The position numbers and the translations under genes were made by a program. Of a stretch of 64,000 bases of DNA, positions 62,001 to 64,000 are shown piece after piece (position 1 is the first letter of the stretch; each line of letters opens with the position of its first letter). The notes below the pieces were generated by a model. That model did no database searches, was not told the origin of the DNA, and saw nothing but the letters and a program-made list of their open reading frames with translations. The stretch covers positions 15,061 to 79,060 of the forward strand of contig CAYYUI010000007.1 in NCBI GenBank assembly GCA_964474705.1, written 5' to 3'. The DNA is from an uncultured bacterium (lineage in GTDB: Bacteria; Muiribacteriota; Ozemobacteria; Ozemobacterales; Ozemobacteraceae).

Positions 62001-64000
62001 TCGTTTCGGGTAGATTTGGCCTGCTTTTTAGATATTTGCTGTTGAGCAGAGCATCGATGTCGAGCGACGTCATGCCATTTTCCTTGTCCATGTTGTACAT
62101 TTCGACAGCCCCGAGCAATACCCGCTGATTGGCGTAACAGGCTTTGTCTCTTGCCTGTTCTCTTGCTTTTCGGAAATTGGGTATTGCCATGGCCGCCAGG
62201 ACGCCGATGATCATGATCACAATCATCAGTTCGATAAGGCGAAAACCCTTGCCGCCGAACACGAAACCGAAAATGGCGCAGACAGCATTCCACAGCCAGC
62301 CGAGAATCGACAGCAGCAGGCTGCGTGATACCACCGCCAGGACGATGACAGCCATGAAGAGCAGGAAAATCACTGTGTCAGGATGTCTGACCAGCGACCA
62401 GGCAGCGCTCAAAATATGCATGAAACCACGAAAGAAGAATGGATCTTTTCTGGCCTGTGGGTCTTTTACCGTTCCGGTGAAGCTGTAGAGATGGTAATCG
62501 TCAGGGGCATACAGATACCATGAAAAATGAGAAACGGGTATGTCGACGAGTGGTGGCGCAAAGGCCATGCTGCCATACCAGGCGACGTCATCAACCGGTT
62601 CCTTGATGAGAATCTGCAGATTGATTTCGACCGGTTCGCCAATTTTCTGGCTCATCTCGAGGGGAATCTGAACCATTCCGGGAAGTTTGCTGTTGACGGG
62701 CTTGATAGAAACGCCGCTGCGGAAAGTCGACAGCACTTCGGCCCCTGAGGCCAGCTGTAATTGCAGATACTGCTTGTTGTTGTTGCGGATGTTCATGCTC
62801 ACCAGCGTATTGCTTGATTTGTTGGTGGTGAAGGTAGTTTTTACATCCATGCTGTCGGCGACGACGGTCTGCTGCGGCACGTCAAGATAGCGCTTGATTG
62901 CCACCTCGATATTTGTCGGGCTGACGTTATGTCTCCAGGCGAGCAACAGCGGTCTTGTCGCTCTGTCTTTGAGTGGTTGAGGAATTTCAAGATGATCTAT
63001 CGGATAAATGCCTTTGGCAAGCGGATTTGTGTCGAGGTTGCCCGGTTGTACTTCAACTGAGGTCAGCGCTTCGACAGCTATCACCCCGAGTTCTCTTTCG
63101 ACTCCGACTGGTGACAGTTCGGGAAGACTGATCATTTTGCTGGTGAGGTCGATCGGAGCTTCGTAATCTATCTCGATCTGGCAGACATCTTCGCGGCCCG
63201 GAGAAAATTCGATGCGCAGCCGTTTATGATTGCCTTCACGGAGCATTTTCTGGTTCTGAGGGCGGTCGGCATTGACCGCGACGATTTCGATTCCTTCAGG
63301 GATATTGAAGGAAAAGCTGGAAACGGGTGCCTTGCTTATCGTGTAGTCAAAAGTTTTATGCACGTAGATCGATGTTTCGCCAAGGCTGACCAGAGTGTGG
63401 GAACGTGCATACACCAGTGGCTGAATCTGCGGACGCGGGGCGGTAACCGGCAAGGAAACTTCAGCAGTTGTACTTGCCGTGCCGCTGGCAGTCGTGGGAA
63501 CCGGTTCGACCGCCGGTGGTTTCTGGATGTCGGCTGCCGGTTGTCTGGCAAATTTGCGCCGCCATTTGAGGTTGACGTCACTGTTGGCGCCAAGCCAGCC
63601 GATGAATTCACAGCCTTTTCCTTCTGATGTTTCGGCAACATTGAAATCTTTGAAAGTTGTGCTGTCAATTGAGAGGATGAAATCGGCGGCATTCAGCTGC
63701 AGAAAAGTGAGCGGAATGCGGGTTATGCTGAACTGCAGAGTGAAAAGATCGTCGAAATTCTGTATCGGCACGACGAGAGCGACCCGACAGACATGCGCAC
63801 CCCGGCCGGCAATCGGCAGGATGAACATGGCGTCTTTCCAGTTGTTCTGGCTGAGGGTGTCGTTGTTTGAAGTCATTGTGTTATAGACATTCTGCAGCAT
63901 GTTCTGACGGTTCATTTTGCCGAACTGAACCTGGCGGGTCTGCCCGGCAAACCAGTTGGTGCGCAGCGTTGTCGGCCGGTCGTCGAGGGTAACTGATTCT
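59011..64000 (-). CDS. Giant multi-domain membrane protein of more than 1,660 aa. It is N-terminally truncated by the window edge, and the frame stays open through position 64000. It contains two homologous halves of about 600-700 aa; each has a beta-rich ectodomain followed by a TM cluster. The first TM cluster contains a class-III (type IV pilin/pseudopilin) signal-like segment plus a GspG-like pseudopilin globular region.
   Basis: Uninterrupted ORF of 4.9 kb. Internal pilin motif GKG|FRLIELMIVIMIIGVLAAMAIPNFRKAREQARDKACYANQRVLLGAVEMYNMD. The second half begins with a signal-peptide-like MTAILLMLIMTIIILAGMPVFAADY. Internal repeats match, e.g. FNIPEGIEIVAV...SHFSWYLYAPDDY vs FQIPDKIRVLKV...SELSWVVYLPEGY. 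A degenerate pilin-like segment lies near the C-terminus (GRGFLFQFIMIVVGILAAVGVI). Confidence 0.75.
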   Translation of the reverse strand, partial: ESVTLDDRPTTLRTNWFAGQTRQVQFGKMNRQNMLQNVYNTMTSNNDTLSQNNWKDAMFILPIAGRGAHVCRVALVVPIQNFDDLFTLQFSITRIPLTFLQLNAADFILSIDSTTFKDFNVAETSEGKGCEFIGWLGANSDVNLKWRRKFARQPAADIQKPPAVEPVPTTASGTASTTAEVSLPVTAPRPQIQPLVYARSHTLVSLGETSIYVHKTFDYTISKAPVSSFSFNIPEGIEIVAVNADRPQNQKMLREGNHKRLRIEFSPGREDVCQIEIDYEAPIDLTSKMISLPELSPVGVERELGVIAVEALTSVEVQPGNLDTNPLAKGIYPIDHLEIPQPLKDRATRPLLLAWRHNVSPTNIEVAIKRYLDVPQQTVVADSMDVKTTFTTNKSSNTLVSMNIRNNNKQYLQLQLASGAEVLSTFRSGVSIKPVNSKLPGMVQIPLEMSQKIGEPVEINLQILIKEPVDDVAWYGSMAFAPPLVDIPVSHFSWYLYAPDDYHLYSFTGTVKDPQARKDPFFFRGFMHILSAAWSLVRHPDTVIFLLFMAVIVLAVVSRSLLLSILGWLWNAVCAIFGFVFGGKGFRLIELMIVIMIIGVLAAMAIPNFRKAREQARDKACYANQRVLLGAVEMYNMDKENGMTSLDIDALLNSKYLKSRPNLPETRCHYLSSGNLAETGVIYCQLHGPVEGDLNQVNVARRMENESIEYKRADVSGKSMLAAPQAMNEQMADLQQEAPGKGGKAGFGAAKNRGMLPIKSKFVMTKNFYTLERDLVMAEVATDGALLPNSTCPSVRLSYVWASILRTTEIVAFILALFSALYFVAGAFQGIPSKITFAALIIVFLSIVDLKLKSVGDAANAGFWLAMIGAVIWKAILLLSQVKIENQTPVVEIKTDVPPTSGRSMTAILLMLIMTIIILAGMPVFAADYREIRVMAPFQDLSKVMPSGDRAVIIPEADYRFLKDIEIPPVKEVIAPAAFSFDGVKYRGTIEERGVRFNAEFKLNLFNSGWKKVGLLSTEAIPSSASLNDEPLAMTLIEDQGETSYGFMTNASGPAMVTVEFFIPMASSEYKHSSRFSLNMVPVCISTLQITVNEKDCEAWIDPGVLRNSEKTPEKTVFFAILPPTQTVNFELYRNVESAPPEEVKSADQPSETEEEPVIIEEKTRITVRQQNLLHFKEGFVTGINIFDLKIMGGSGIASIAFQIPDKIRVLKVENKLIEDWRQVEAGNSRHIDVVFKSKIRGNTQLTIEFEEDIQNLKDGNYNVPEIIPLDVEQSWGLLGIGCIQALEISENGNREGYTPTVAAEFLKDWNRERPEKTPYAFKFLKHPNNLTITVARPEDIEQQTAVIDRAEAMTLLNEDGYLLTRVVYEVRNNSEQFLKVKLPQFGAATTELWSTQVAGLSVRSGLNAELGVYNLPIVRSALEGGESKSFPVEIVYAIKLGKELSAFNQTYMELPSAHLPISELSWVVYLPEGYELMREKGNVDRLLKIAETRFLDNSSYFSSLSSYSNIQKRQKAPAQSQMASQQKQSDKVFDQTGLLPVKFKIPTTSWPISFSMLQIEPTGKAPYIEGMLINPRKGRGFLFQFIMIVVGILAAVGVIKMFTSANHYKWFMVTAVQGMILAIAVYLKLYQADHFVQLGFSATLALYLLFRFFTFKPATAA

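Noticed and set aside
1-64000. CRISPR arrays, rRNA, tRNA, IS elements or transposases
   Set aside because: No regularly spaced direct repeats, no tRNA-like cloverleaf candidates in the intergenic regions, no rRNA-like conserved stretches and no transposase-like ORFs were seen.

Overview
This 64 kb window looks like chromosomal DNA from a flagellated bacterium at about 50% GC. Gene order resembles Firmicutes and spirochaetes (xerC-hslV-hslU directly upstream of flgB, and an FlbB/YlxF-like gene after fliJ), but phylum is not assignable from sequence alone. The window is gene-dense, and many start codons appear to be TTG.

Main blocks, in order:
- **Housekeeping and stress, mostly minus strand (1-7.3 kb):** a partial secreted protein, a secreted rhodanese, a CBM-esterase, htpG, a DEAD-box helicase and a creatininase-family gene.
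- **Signalling and biosynthesis (7.4-16.3 kb):** a sensor HAMP-adenylate cyclase next to a Ca2+-type P-type ATPase, then dapB-dut-aminotransferase.
- **Three tandem paralogous lipoproteins (16.5-22.4 kb):** each is CarboxypepD_reg - FN3 - parallel beta-helix.
- **Flagellar early-gene operon, minus strand (23.3-37.3 kb):** xerC-hslV-hslU-flgB-flgC-fliE-fliF-fliG-[FliG C-domain-only ORF]-fliH-fliI-fliJ-[SLT transglycosylase]-[FlbB/YlxF-like]-nadE.
- **Accessory and efflux genes (37.4-51 kb):** a GH13 amylase, a GNAT protein, a MATE transporter, bacterioferritin, an HI0933 flavoprotein and a TetR-TolC-MFP-RND efflux operon.
- **LuxE/LuxC-like cassette (51.2-56.1 kb):** a tandem-GNAT-like protein, a LuxE acyl-protein synthetase, and a LuxC acyl-CoA reductase fused to a PaaK/F390-synthetase-like adenylating domain. 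There is no luciferase and no LuxD, so this is a candidate undescribed fatty-acyl activation/reduction system.
- **Membrane/signalling operon, minus strand (56.4->64 kb):** a giant protein of more than 1,660 aa that runs off the window, built from two homologous halves with an embedded type IV pilin/pseudopilin-like module, followed by an M50B-like metalloprotease, a GAF-adenylate cyclase and a GIY-YIG protein.

No rRNA, tRNA, CRISPR array or transposase was found. One orphan sigma-54-like promoter plus an intrinsic terminator brackets a transcript of about 180 nt with no convincing ORF, a candidate sRNA.
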